Assembly (NCBI GenBank): GCA_963843145.1
Contig: CAWJJC010000022.1
Coordinates: 288,001 to 352,000, forward strand
Length of the DNA: 64,000 bases
From: an uncultured delta proteobacterium
GTDB taxonomy: Bacteria; Desulfobacterota; RBG-13-43-22
Reading direction: 5' to 3'
In this document: piece after piece, positions 1 through 9,074 of the stretch
Position numbering within the stretch: the first letter of the stretch is position 1
How the letters are laid out: each line of letters starts with the position of its first letter
Translations under genes and position numbers: made by a program
The notes under the pieces: model-generated
The model's database searches: none
Told to the model about the DNA's origin: nothing
The model's input: the letters and a program-made list of their open reading frames with translations, nothing else

Positions 1-122
1 GCGGGATCGAAAAAACAGGCTTCATTCCAACCGGGTGACTTTCGGGCGCATCTGTCGGCGGCATTATTTTTCTTCCTGCTGGCGAACGGGCTGATCTTTT
101 AAGGGACCAACCGTCGGCTTGT

Positions 123-473
123 TTAAAAATTAAAGACCTTGGCCTCTGCAGCCAGATCGATTAAATGGGGTCCCCCATCCAAAACCATGTTGGAGAAAAA
201 CTTGGCCTCGTCCACCTGACGGGCCTGGGCACAGGGGATTCAGACCCCGATCGGGATTTCATGTTCAATTAGGTAAGGTAGATAGTCCTGGGGACAATCG
301 CCGGTAACCGTTTTAATGGTCAGGTCCCGGCCGGAATCGGCCCATTTGACGCCGTCGTCGATAAGAAAAATATTCACCTGATGTCCCTTGGAATGCGCTA
401 TTTTCCCAAACTGGAAACAACGGGTCGCCTTTCCCACCTCATCCTTGCTCAAGACAAACAAAAAATTAGCCAT
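123..473 (-). CDS. DsrE/DsrF-family sulfur-relay protein, selenocysteine-containing (UxxC)
   Basis: ORF 240..476 stops at TGA (240-242), but the frame continues: IPIGV-U-IPCAQARQVDEAKFFSNMVLDGGPHLIDLAAEAKVFNF-TAA(123-125), the normal DsrE C-terminus. N-terminal IFLIDDGV motif; RBS AAGGAGGA before ATG 473; SECIS-like hairpin follows. Confidence 0.88.
204..225 (-). promoter_or_regulatory. bacterial SECIS-like hairpin of the DsrE selenoprotein
   Basis: mRNA GGCCCGUC-AGGUG-GACG(A)GGCC; apical loop starts 22 nt after the UGA and has G in its second position. Confidence 0.7.
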
Positions 474-494
474 CACTTTCTCCTCCTTTACTTT

Positions 495-1472
495 TTAAGG
501 GGAAGGAATGGTCCCCCTGATGAATGAAGATTTTTTCCTGGTTCCTTTTCCCGTCAACGAAGTCAATGTCTGAAGACGTTTCTCCGCGTCTTTCGTAATC
601 CGGCTGAAAAGATCGGCTAGGGTCATTTCTTTGTGGATGAGGGCCACCCCCTGTCCCATCATCAGCGCCCCTTTTTCCAGGTCTCCCTCGGCCACGGCCA
701 GTCGAAGGGCGGCTATGGTCAGGTCGTCGATCTTTTTCTTATCTACCCCCTGTCGTTCCAAGGCCAGGATTTCCCGGACCCGCTGATTCCTGAAAACTCG
801 AAACTCCAGTCCTGTAGAACGACCGATGACCGTGGTATCCGTATCCCCGGCCGATAAAACCGCCTGCTTATAATGAGGATGAAGTGTGGCTTCCCGGGTA
901 GCCAATAGCCGGGTACCTAACTGAACCGCCTCCGCCCCCAGGGCCAAGGCCGCGGCCAGACCACGGCCATCGGCGATTCCTCCGGCCGCTATTATCGGCA
1001 AATCGGTAGTATCTTGCACCAGCGGTATCAAAACCAGGGTGCTTATTTCATCGGGACAGAGATTACCGCCGGCTTCGGCCCCCATGGCGATCAAGGCATC
1101 CACCCCGGCCTGATCCGCCCTTTCGGCCATCTCCCGGTTGAAGACGACCTGCAAAACAATCCGTCCGGCTTTTTTGAATCGCTGGACCCAGGGAAGTGGA
1201 TCCCCGGCAGAGAAAACAATAACGGGCACCTCTTCCTCGTAAACCACCTCGATGGCTTCCTTGGCGGAGGCCAGACGGAGGGGGATGTTGACCGCAAAGG
1301 GCTTTGCGGTTATCTGGCGAAGCCGGCTAATTTCCTTCCGTAACTCTTCAGGTTGAAAGGTGGCCGCCGCAATGGTTCCCAACCCTCCAGCCTCACAGAC
1401 CGCGGCGGCCATATCCGCTCCGGTAATCCAGGCCATGGCCCCCTGGAGAAGAGGATAATGGATTTTAAGCAA
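495..1472 (-). CDS. FabK-like enoyl-ACP reductase / nitronate monooxygenase family flavoprotein
   Basis: YPLLQGAMAW, GGLGTI, GAEAGG, AAGGIADGRG, GTRLLATRE motifs. True start may be ATT at 1493. Confidence 0.88.
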   Translation of the reverse strand: MLKIHYPLLQGAMAWITGADMAAAVCEAGGLGTIAAATFQPEELRKEISRLRQITAKPFAVNIPLRLASAKEAIEVVYEEEVPVIVFSAGDPLPWVQRFKKAGRIVLQVVFNREMAERADQAGVDALIAMGAEAGGNLCPDEISTLVLIPLVQDTTDLPIIAAGGIADGRGLAAALALGAEAVQLGTRLLATREATLHPHYKQAVLSAGDTDTTVIGRSTGLEFRVFRNQRVREILALERQGVDKKKIDDLTIAALRLAVAEGDLEKGALMMGQGVALIHKEMTLADLFSRITKDAEKRLQTLTSLTGKGTRKKSSFIRGTIPSP

Positions 1473-1515
1473 GCGGGTTATTGAAGTTTGAATAGTTCAG
1501 CTCCGATCCGGATGA

Positions 1516-2274
1516 TCACTTCGTAACCGTCCTCAGTTTTGCCAGAGCCTGGTGCGCAGCATTGATTAAAGGATGCACCGTGGGCGCCGAAGTGAGCAGG
1601 GGATGCGTGGCGATCTGCATCATATCCAGATCGCGGACATTCAGCTTGGTCTGGATCCCGATGGCTATGGTATTGATCAATTCCCCGACAGAAGATCCTC
1701 CCGACAACTGACCGCCAAGCAGCGTCCCCCCTTTATCGGCGAAGATCAGCTTGACCTTCAGCGGGGATGATCCGGGAAGTACTCCCGGGTGGCGATCCGG
1801 AGCAACCGCCTGACCCGTAACCATCCTAAATTCCTCTTGTTCACAGGCCCGGCAAGTCATCCCGGCGCTGGCCAGGGAAATATCCCCGATCTTGGTTGAA
1901 AAGGCAGAGATGGTCCCCTGTATCTGCCGGAGAACGCGGATCCCATATATATTGGTTCCGGCGATTCTCGCTTCAGCCGTCGCTGTTGAGGCCAGCCAAA
2001 CAGGGGCCTCTTTTCTGGTAAAAAAATCACGTTTCAAAGCGCAATCACCCACAGCGAAAACGTTTTTCGTTCTGGTTCTCATATAAGAATCCACCCATAT
2101 AGAGCCGCTTTCGGTGCAAAACAATTTGGCCTTTTTGGCCAAATCAATGTTTGGTTTGCCGCCGATGCCCAGGATGACGAGATCGGCGGCTAGGGTCTCT
2201 CCGTTATCCAGAGTGACTGATTCCACCCTGGTATTTCCATCAATGGAAACCAGATCTTCGGCAAAATCACTCAT
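1516..2274 (-). pseudogene. N-terminally truncated NADH oxidase / CoA-disulfide reductase family flavoprotein (C-terminal part and dimerisation domain only)
   Basis: ADLVILGIG.KPN, VFAVGDC and THPLLT dimerisation motifs are present. The N-terminal GxGxxG FAD fold and NADH-binding domain are absent (252 aa vs ~450). Good RBS (AGGAGG). Confidence 0.6.
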
Positions 2275-2304
2275 ATTTTCCCTCCTGACCCGGGACTCAG
2301 AGGC

Positions 2305-3633
2305 TCATAAATGATCCGCGTTTTGCCTTCCTATCTCGGACTCCTCTGCCGGGTGCGGTGCGGTAAGCGGTTCGGACTGGTTATTCCTGAATTTGTCGAT
2401 GACTTCGCGCACCGTTGCACCCTCTTCGGCCCGGTAAATGTCCACAAAATGGTCTTTCAACATGTAAAATGAAATTTCTCCAATTTTAGGGGTGAAAACA
2501 ATATCCAGTCGGTGCTTGAGGACGGCCTTGATGACTTTGACTCCCACATGGATCTGTTCTTTTTCCTTGATAAATTCATTGTAATAAAAGTCCTCGATCT
2601 CCAAGACGTCCCGGTCCACTTCGAGAATAATGAAATAAGGGGCCCTGCCGAAATGCCCGTAGACCCTTGAATCCAATCCGTTAATATCCTCTACGGGGAT
2701 TATGATCGACCGGTCCGTTTGTTTAGACGGTTCTATGTGCACGAAAACGGATTCAATCCCATCATAGGTTTTTATCACCCTTTCTTCCATTTGGTCTGCC
2801 AGATCATGAGCCTTATACACGGTCAAGGAAGGGCTGGTGGTGACGATACATTCCACCATTTTGAATGGCCCGAACTGCCTTATTTTTACCTCCCCCACCC
2901 CCTTAACCCCCTTCATTTTGAATAGTTGGTCTTCTATTCCCTGCTGCATTTGTGGATCGAGATTGGCGTCCATCAATATCAGAATAGGGGTCCAGACATT
3001 TTTTAGGCCCAGGCGGATAATAAGCAGGGCGATTACCATGATGACCGCGCCCTCGGCATAGGGGACCCTGGCGTAGGCCAACAACAGACCCATCAGAACA
3101 ATTAAGGAGATGCCTATATCCAGAAAAGATTCAGAGGCGTTGGCTAACAGGGAGTTGGACTTGATCAGCTCACCCGTTTCTTTCTCCTTTTTGGCGATAA
3201 AATAGGCGGCGATCAGGGAAAGCAAACTTACAGCAACCGGCCAAATTGGAAATTGTTGCAGAGAAGGTAGAATGAAGAACTTCTTAAATCCTTCGTTCAG
3301 GTTCTCTAGTCCGGCCCAAGTAATCAGGATTCCAATTACCAGGGTTACAAATGTCTCGGCCCGGTATAATCCATAGGGGAATCTTTCACTTTTTTTTCGG
3401 GAGGCCAGCCAGAGCCCTAACCAGGAGGCAAAGATGGCCACCACGTCAACGCCGCTGTGGAAGGCGTCGGCGATGAGAATTCTGGAATCTGACCGGTGGC
3501 CTATGACGAACTTTCCGGCCGCCAAAAGTACCGTCAAACAAGTTGCGATTAAGGCGACCTTCCGACCCTGTTTAAGCCTATCGGTAGGGTGGTTTCCGGC
3601 ATCCATTTTTTCGGCCGAAACCAGGCTATTCAC
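2305..3633 (-). CDS. Cation diffusion facilitator (FieF-like) fused to a C-terminal NifB/NifX (dinitrogenase Fe-Mo cofactor) domain
   Basis: ADAFHSGVD, RFPYGLYRAE, 6 TM segments, VFVHIEP, then SRVYGHFGRAPYF NifX-like domain. Confidence 0.9.
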   Translation of the reverse strand: MNSLVSAEKMDAGNHPTDRLKQGRKVALIATCLTVLLAAGKFVIGHRSDSRILIADAFHSGVDVVAIFASWLGLWLASRKKSERFPYGLYRAETFVTLVIGILITWAGLENLNEGFKKFFILPSLQQFPIWPVAVSLLSLIAAYFIAKKEKETGELIKSNSLLANASESFLDIGISLIVLMGLLLAYARVPYAEGAVIMVIALLIIRLGLKNVWTPILILMDANLDPQMQQGIEDQLFKMKGVKGVGEVKIRQFGPFKMVECIVTTSPSLTVYKAHDLADQMEERVIKTYDGIESVFVHIEPSKQTDRSIIIPVEDINGLDSRVYGHFGRAPYFIILEVDRDVLEIEDFYYNEFIKEKEQIHVGVKVIKAVLKHRLDIVFTPKIGEISFYMLKDHFVDIYRAEEGATVREVIDKFRNNQSEPLTAPHPAEESEIGRQNADHL

Positions 3634-3850
3634 CCTTTAAAAATTGGCGGGTCATAATTGATCCGCACTGAGGGCAATGGCTTTGGAAACAAGGGATACC
3701 TGGCTTATGGGGCACCACAAGACGGCATTGGGGACAGATACAATTCGTAGAAGGCCCTCCCGGCCCGATGGCTCCAGGGCCTCTTCCGCTACCGAACGCT
3801 CTGCCTTTACTTCCCCGTTGTCGCCCGCCGCCCCCGAACATAAAGGGCAT
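3626..3850 (-). CDS. small Gly-rich, six-Cys (CxCxxC...CxxxxCxxC) metal-binding protein
   Basis: GGGGRQRG...NCICPQC...HKPGIPCFQSHCPQCGSIM; RBS AGGAGG. Confidence 0.8.
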   Translation of the reverse strand: MPFMFGGGGRQRGSKGRAFGSGRGPGAIGPGGPSTNCICPQCRLVVPHKPGIPCFQSHCPQCGSIMTRQFLKGE

Positions 3851-3871
3851 GATGACCTCCTGTCCGCACGC

Positions 3872-4639
3872 TCATTTAAAGGGGCGCTTTTTGGCTACGG
3901 AAAGATTAATTTTTTTTACATTTTTTTTAAAAAACTGCATTCCACCGCCTTCGCTGACGATCTGTAGAATGCCTTTGTTGTCCAGAACCTCGATACCGGA
4001 AAGAACCGTTACCGGAGTGTCCTGAAAGACCTCCGGCAAAAAAGGGGTGGAGGCCCCTAACAGGACGACCTCACGACAGGATCGGGAGGCTTCCAAGAGG
4101 GCATCCAAGGTATTATTAATCAAAGTGGTTGAAGTGATCAGGGCAACTTGGCATCGAGGAAGAAGCTTTAAGGCCACCTCTTCAGGAAGTATTTCTCCTG
4201 GTTGTTCCACCTTTTCAAAAATATGCAGCCGGCTGACCTTTTTTTTTAGTTCAAGAACCAGAGGACCAAAATATCCCACCATTCCCACCGTATCTTCAGA
4301 TGTTAGGTTGAGGAATTCCAGGATATCCCCTTCCTGAGCCCCACAGGGTTGATAGTTGGACAGGGCATTGACCGTTGCCAATCCCACCGCCGCCTCTATT
4401 TTTTCATTTGAATCAAGACCGGACAAAAGGTCCCCTACTCTCCTGCCGGCCAGGGGGCGCAGGCCAGGAAATACGGAACATCCTCCGGGTAAATCCTGCC
4501 GAAAAGTAAAGGCCACACCGGTCCGGCCGGATTCGAGCTGCACAGCAGTGTATCCCAAACCGATACGCACATCTTTAACCCGATCTTCCCTGCCGCTTTC
4601 TTGCAGAGCTTGTATGATCTTTTTCTGGATGATGCCCAT
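3872..4639 (-). CDS. DUF364-family (putative heavy-metal chelation, Rossmann-like) protein
   Basis: DVRIGLGYTAV, AAVGLATVNAL, VGMVGYFGP, ITSTTLINNTL, LLGASTP. Confidence 0.85.
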   Translation of the reverse strand: MGIIQKKIIQALQESGREDRVKDVRIGLGYTAVQLESGRTGVAFTFRQDLPGGCSVFPGLRPLAGRRVGDLLSGLDSNEKIEAAVGLATVNALSNYQPCGAQEGDILEFLNLTSEDTVGMVGYFGPLVLELKKKVSRLHIFEKVEQPGEILPEEVALKLLPRCQVALITSTTLINNTLDALLEASRSCREVVLLGASTPFLPEVFQDTPVTVLSGIEVLDNKGILQIVSEGGGMQFFKKNVKKINLSVAKKRPFK

Positions 4640-4712
4640 GAGGTAAAAAACGCTCGCCCCTTTATAAGCCCTTCACCCGGGCTTTCAAATTTCTACTTAT
4701 TCGGCCAACAGA

Positions 4713-5417
4713 TCAGGGCTTCCAGACCTCCCAGACCTTGCCGACCAACGCCGGTCCGGGTTTAAGGGTTACTTGTCCCGGCTGCCAGCCCGAAGGGGTT
4801 ACTTCACCGGTGGAACGCACATGCTGGAAGGCCTTGATTTGCCGCATCAACTCGTCGGGACTGCGCCCCACCTCAGGGGTAAGGACCTCCATGGCGCGGA
4901 TGATAAAATCCGGATCAATAATGAAACGACCTCGAATATCCACCCCGGCCGCTTCGTCATACACCCCGTAAATCGTGCCGATTTTCCCCCCGGCGTCTGA
5001 GAGCATCGGGAAGGGGACCCCGCCGTTTACCATCTTGGACAACTCCTGCTCCTGCCAAATTTTGTGGACAAAACGACTATCGGTACTCATGGCCAAAACT
5101 TCTACTTCCCGCGCCTTAAATTCCTGATAACGGGCGGCAACTGCCGCCAGTTCGGTCGGTCAGACAAAAGTGAAGTCTCCGGGGTAGAAGCAAAGAACAA
5201 TCCATTGACCCTTATAGTCCGAGAGTTTAATCGGCTTAAATCCCTGGCCTTCGACGAAGGCATTCGCCTCAAAATCCACAGCTTCCGACCCAACGCGAGC
5301 GATCATCTTTTTTCCCTCCGGTGATGGTGCACTTCCAACTGCCGCCACGGATGATTCCACTGCGGGGACAATGGGCCCCCGCGCAGGTTTGACACAACCT
5401 TCGGTGAGTTCCGGCAT
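4713..5417 (-). CDS. prxU: selenocysteine-containing peroxiredoxin (AhpC/Prx family)
   Basis: ORFs 5160..5417 and 4713..5096 are one frame: [10 protein letters not shown](TGA 5160-5162)[11 protein letters not shown]...; Sec occupies the peroxidatic Cys position; SECIS-like hairpin follows. Confidence 0.93.
5129..5152 (-). promoter_or_regulatory. bacterial SECIS-like hairpin of prxU
   Basis: AAC-U-GGCGGC-AGUU-GCCGCC-C-GUU; loop starts 17 nt after the UGA. Confidence 0.75.
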
Positions 5418-5533
5418 AGCACCTCCTAATCTGAGAATTTATCTCTAACAGGTTAGCAAGAGAATCTGCAAATTCGAAACACGAAACAAGCACGAAAGTC
5501 CAAAGTCCAAATATTTTTGGTTAGTCTTCTCTG

Positions 5534-5992
5534 CTAACCGGCACTCCCCTTACCCTGAGGAGCGGACTTAAAATAATTTTCAATGGCCTGCCGCAACGTG
5601 TCTCGGGCCAGCACCGCACAATGTTTTTCTTCCGAAGGGATGGCCGAAAGGCAGCGGAGTATCTGGTGTTCGTCAATATCCCAGGCCTCCTCCAGGCTTT
5701 TTCCCTTGGCCAAAGAGGCGGCGATGGAGGCACAGGTCCGGCTGAAAGCGCAGCCATCGACTTGAAACCGAACTTCGTCGATGTTTTCCTTCCCGATGCG
5801 CAAGTACATCATCATGGTATCCCCGCAAGGTCCGGTGATTTTACCGATCCCATTGGCCTCGGGTAACTGGCCTTCATTGTAAGGACCCAGCCAATTTTGT
5901 AGATAGGGTTGTCCCCCTCCGATTCCGACCGGACTATTCGGGATCGTCTCGCGGTTCACCGATCGGTTTTTGTTATCCAGTTCCATGTCCAT
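5534..5992 (-). CDS. NifU/IscU-like Fe-S scaffold protein
   Basis: ITGPCGDTM, DGCAFS, EEKHCAVLA: three conserved Cys. Confidence 0.88.
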   Translation of the reverse strand: MDMELDNKNRSVNRETIPNSPVGIGGGQPYLQNWLGPYNEGQLPEANGIGKITGPCGDTMMMYLRIGKENIDEVRFQVDGCAFSRTCASIAASLAKGKSLEEAWDIDEHQILRCLSAIPSEEKHCAVLARDTLRQAIENYFKSAPQGKGSAG

Positions 5993-6879
5993 CCTTTGGA
6001 ATTTGGTTCAGGAATTCCAGCGTCCGCTCCCAGAGGACCCCTATTTCTCGGCCCAATCCATCAGGCGCATATTCAGGGATGGTCTGGGCCGCCACCATGG
6101 CCTGGGTGACGACGGGATCATAGGGGAGTCTTTCCCAGAAGCCCCAGGTTGTTTTTTCGAGCATAATCCTCGATTTTCCGGGAAACGTCGGGCTGAAGGT
6201 CGAATTTATTAATCAGGACCATCCCCGGGATCTTAAAATGTCGGAGCAATTCCACCACCCGGTTTAAGTCATGGAGTCCCGAAAGGGTGGGTTCAGTGAC
6301 CAGCAGCACCGCGTCGGTTCCGGTAACCGACGAAATGACCGGACACCCGATACCGGGAGGTCCGTCGATGAGGATTAGTGGTCGCCCCTGCTCCTCGGCC
6401 AGATCCCGGGCCTGCTGTCGGACAAGGGACACCAGCAGGCCTGAATTTTCCTGGGCCACCCCCAACTGGGCATGCACCAGAGGACCAAAACGGGTATCGG
6501 AGACAAACCACTGGCCGCACTCGACCAGGGGAAAATCGATCGCCTGGACCGGGCAGAAATGTACGCAGACCCCGCAGCCCTCGCAGGAAAAAGGGTCTAC
6601 CCGGTAGTCTTCACTAATAGCCTGAAAGTTGCAAACCTCCCGACACAAACCACAGGCGGTGCAGCTTTCCGCCCGGATGACGGCCTTCCGCCCTCCCAAA
6701 AAACGTTCGGTTTTTCGTTTTTGCGGATCGAGCAGGAGGTGCAGGTCCGGGGCATCCACATCGCAATCAACCAGGACCTTATCCGGAATGATGGCCGCCA
6801 AGGCCCCTACCAGGCTGGTTTTTCCCGTTCCGCCCTTGCCACTCAAGACCGCGATTTCTTTAATTTTAGTGGAGGACAT
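5973..6879 (-). CDS. MinD-type P-loop ATPase with inserted 2x[4Fe-4S] ferredoxin domain (orp cluster); +1 frameshift near 6130
   Basis: SGKGGTGKT, DCDVDAPDLHL, CxxCxxCxxxC twice, DGPPGIGCP. The C-terminus (LPYDPVVTQAM...) continues in the frame of ORF 5973..6164. Confidence 0.85.
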
Positions 6880-7732
6880 CGTCCCCCCTTCGCTCCGGTG
6901 GCACCAGCGTGGTAATATTCCGGAGGAGTTCCCGGAAGTCGGGTTTCATTTCAGGTTTCACCTCCAGGAGGGATTGGCCCCGGGCATAGCCTTCGGCGAT
7001 CCGACGATCAAAAGGGATTTTCAAAAGCAGCGGGATCCCCTCCTTCTTCAGGTAGCGCTCTACCTGATCATCGCCCATATCCGCCCGATTTAAAACCACC
7101 CCGCAGGGAATCTGCAGGATCTTCAAGGCTTCCACGGCCAGTCGGAGATCGTAAAGGCCGAAGGGGGTGGGCTCGGTCACCAGCAGGCAAAAATCCGAAT
7201 CCTTCACCGCCTGAATGACCGGACAGGAAGTCCCCGGGGGGGCGTCAATCAGGGTCAGCCGCTGGGGGAGACCCCTTTTTTTCACTTCCCGAATCAAAGG
7301 AGGGGAGAGGGGTTCTCCGATCTTCAATTCCCCCTGAACCAGGTGTATCCCGCCGGCCTCCCCCTGGGCAATAACCCCCAGCGCTTTCTTCCCGGGGAAG
7401 AGGGCCTGGGGTTCGCAAACCCGGAAACAACCCCCACAGGCATGGCACATCTCCGGGAAGGTCAGGATCGTTTCCCCCAAAACCAGAATGGCCTTGAACT
7501 GACAGATCTGGGAACAGGCCCGGCAATGGGTGCACTTGGTTTCATCCACCTGGGGGATTTTCAGATAAAGGGTTTCCTTCGGCCCCCAGGGAATATCCAA
7601 AAACAGATGGGCGTTCGGCGCTTCCACATCACAATCGAGCAGATTTACCGGTCCATCCAGGGACTGGGCCAAGGCCACCGCCACGCTGGTCTTGCCCGTT
7701 CCTCCTTTGCCGCTGGCTACTGAAATAATCAT
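6866..7732 (-). CDS. MinD-type P-loop ATPase with inserted ferredoxin domain (orp cluster paralog)
   Basis: ASGKGGTGKT, DCDVEAPNAHL, CTHCRACSQIC, CHACGGCFRVC, DAPPGTSCP, TEPTPFG. Confidence 0.92.
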   Translation of the reverse strand: MIISVASGKGGTGKTSVAVALAQSLDGPVNLLDCDVEAPNAHLFLDIPWGPKETLYLKIPQVDETKCTHCRACSQICQFKAILVLGETILTFPEMCHACGGCFRVCEPQALFPGKKALGVIAQGEAGGIHLVQGELKIGEPLSPPLIREVKKRGLPQRLTLIDAPPGTSCPVIQAVKDSDFCLLVTEPTPFGLYDLRLAVEALKILQIPCGVVLNRADMGDDQVERYLKKEGIPLLLKIPFDRRIAEGYARGQSLLEVKPEMKPDFRELLRNITTLVPPERRGDDVLH

Positions 7733-7748
7733 GAGTTTTTAATTTTAA

Positions 7749-9002
7749 TTAATGATCACAGACATTCGCACCGGTGATCAGGGTCTGGCTAAGATAATGG
7801 CCAATCAATTCTTCGGGAGGGAGTTGCGGGGCGCCGGTGAGGACCTTGATTCCCCTTTCCGTGAAAAGCGTAATGGCCCGCTGGCCCATGCCCCCGGCAA
7901 TAATCAGATTGACCCCCTTCTCGCCCAGCCATCGGGGAAGGAGCCCCGGTTCATGGGGCGGCGGGGTGACCAGTTCCTTCTGAGTGATTTCCTGGCCTTT
8001 CAGGTCGATCAGAGCAAACTGCTCGCAATGGCCGAAATGGTTGCAAAGCATTCCCTCGGCCAAAGGAATGGCGATTTTCAGGTCGGTCAGCGTAATCGGG
8101 TTTTCAGGCATGGTGAGCTCCTTTTCTTTGGTTTCAATCGTCTTGGTTTCTTGAATCGGCCCTATAGACTGAAGGATCTTATGGACGATTCCATCCAGGG
8201 AATCCTTAAAAGGGGCTTCCGGCTGATGAGTCAGATAGGCCTGGCCCGCATCCTCCGCTTCCATTAAACGAACGTCAATGGGCAAACTTCCCAGAAAGGG
8301 CACGTTCATTTGGCGGGCCGTTTTTTCTCCGCCCCCTTTCTTGAATAAAGCAGTTTCTTGACCGCAGTGGGGGCAGGTATAGCCGCTCATATTTTCCACC
8401 AGTCCCAGGATGTTCATATTCACCTGGCGGCAGAAATTAATGGATTTCCGGACGTCGGCCAGGGAGATGTCCTGAGGCGTAGTTACAATAACGGCCAGGG
8501 CATCGGGAATCGTCTGCGCCACGGTCAAGGGCTCATCCCCGGTCCCCGGCGGGGAGTCGATCACCAGAAAATCCAGGTCTCCCCAGGCGACGTCCGAAAC
8601 AAATTGACGAATGACGCTGATCTTCAGGGGCCCCCTCCAGATAACCGCCGAATCCTTGTCGGGCATCAGGGCTTCGATGGAGATGACCTTCAAATGATCG
8701 TCGACCTTCAGGGGGTAAATGGCCTCTTCTTCCGGACGGACGAACGCCATCCCGTCGAGTCCCAGCATGCGGGCGATACTGGGCCCGTGGAGATCCACAT
8801 CCATCAGACCGACCCGAAAGCCTTTAAGCGACAAGGCGGTGGCCAGATTGACGGCCAGGCTGCTCTTCCCTACCCCGCCCTTGCCGCTCATAACCAACAA
8901 CTTATGGCCGATCCGAGAAAGGGATCGAGCGATCAGGGCGTCTTGCTTCTGGTGAGGATCATCATTTTTAATGGTTGGTATTTCCTTACCACAGTTTGAC
9001 AT
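7749..9002 (-). CDS. Mrp/NBP35 Fe-S carrier ATPase fused to a NifB/NifX (ORP-like) domain
   Basis: SGKGGVGKS, DVDLHGPS, DSPPGTGD, CPHC; C-terminal HFGHCEQF...PPPHEPG...NVCDH. Confidence 0.93.
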   Translation of the reverse strand: MSNCGKEIPTIKNDDPHQKQDALIARSLSRIGHKLLVMSGKGGVGKSSLAVNLATALSLKGFRVGLMDVDLHGPSIARMLGLDGMAFVRPEEEAIYPLKVDDHLKVISIEALMPDKDSAVIWRGPLKISVIRQFVSDVAWGDLDFLVIDSPPGTGDEPLTVAQTIPDALAVIVTTPQDISLADVRKSINFCRQVNMNILGLVENMSGYTCPHCGQETALFKKGGGEKTARQMNVPFLGSLPIDVRLMEAEDAGQAYLTHQPEAPFKDSLDGIVHKILQSIGPIQETKTIETKEKELTMPENPITLTDLKIAIPLAEGMLCNHFGHCEQFALIDLKGQEITQKELVTPPPHEPGLLPRWLGEKGVNLIIAGGMGQRAITLFTERGIKVLTGAPQLPPEELIGHYLSQTLITGANVCDH

Positions 9003-9074
9003 TACGGCTGCTCCTTTACATCTTTATTATTTTTTGCCACACACTTTTGGGTGAGTATCCCCCAGACCTGGTAT

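Noticed and set aside
1-110. 3' end of a plus-strand gene entering the window
   Set aside because: Several frames are open and the stretch is too short to assign.
6128-6137. Programmed -1 frameshift at G_GGA_AAG
   Set aside because: The conserved C-terminus is in the +1 frame, not -1.
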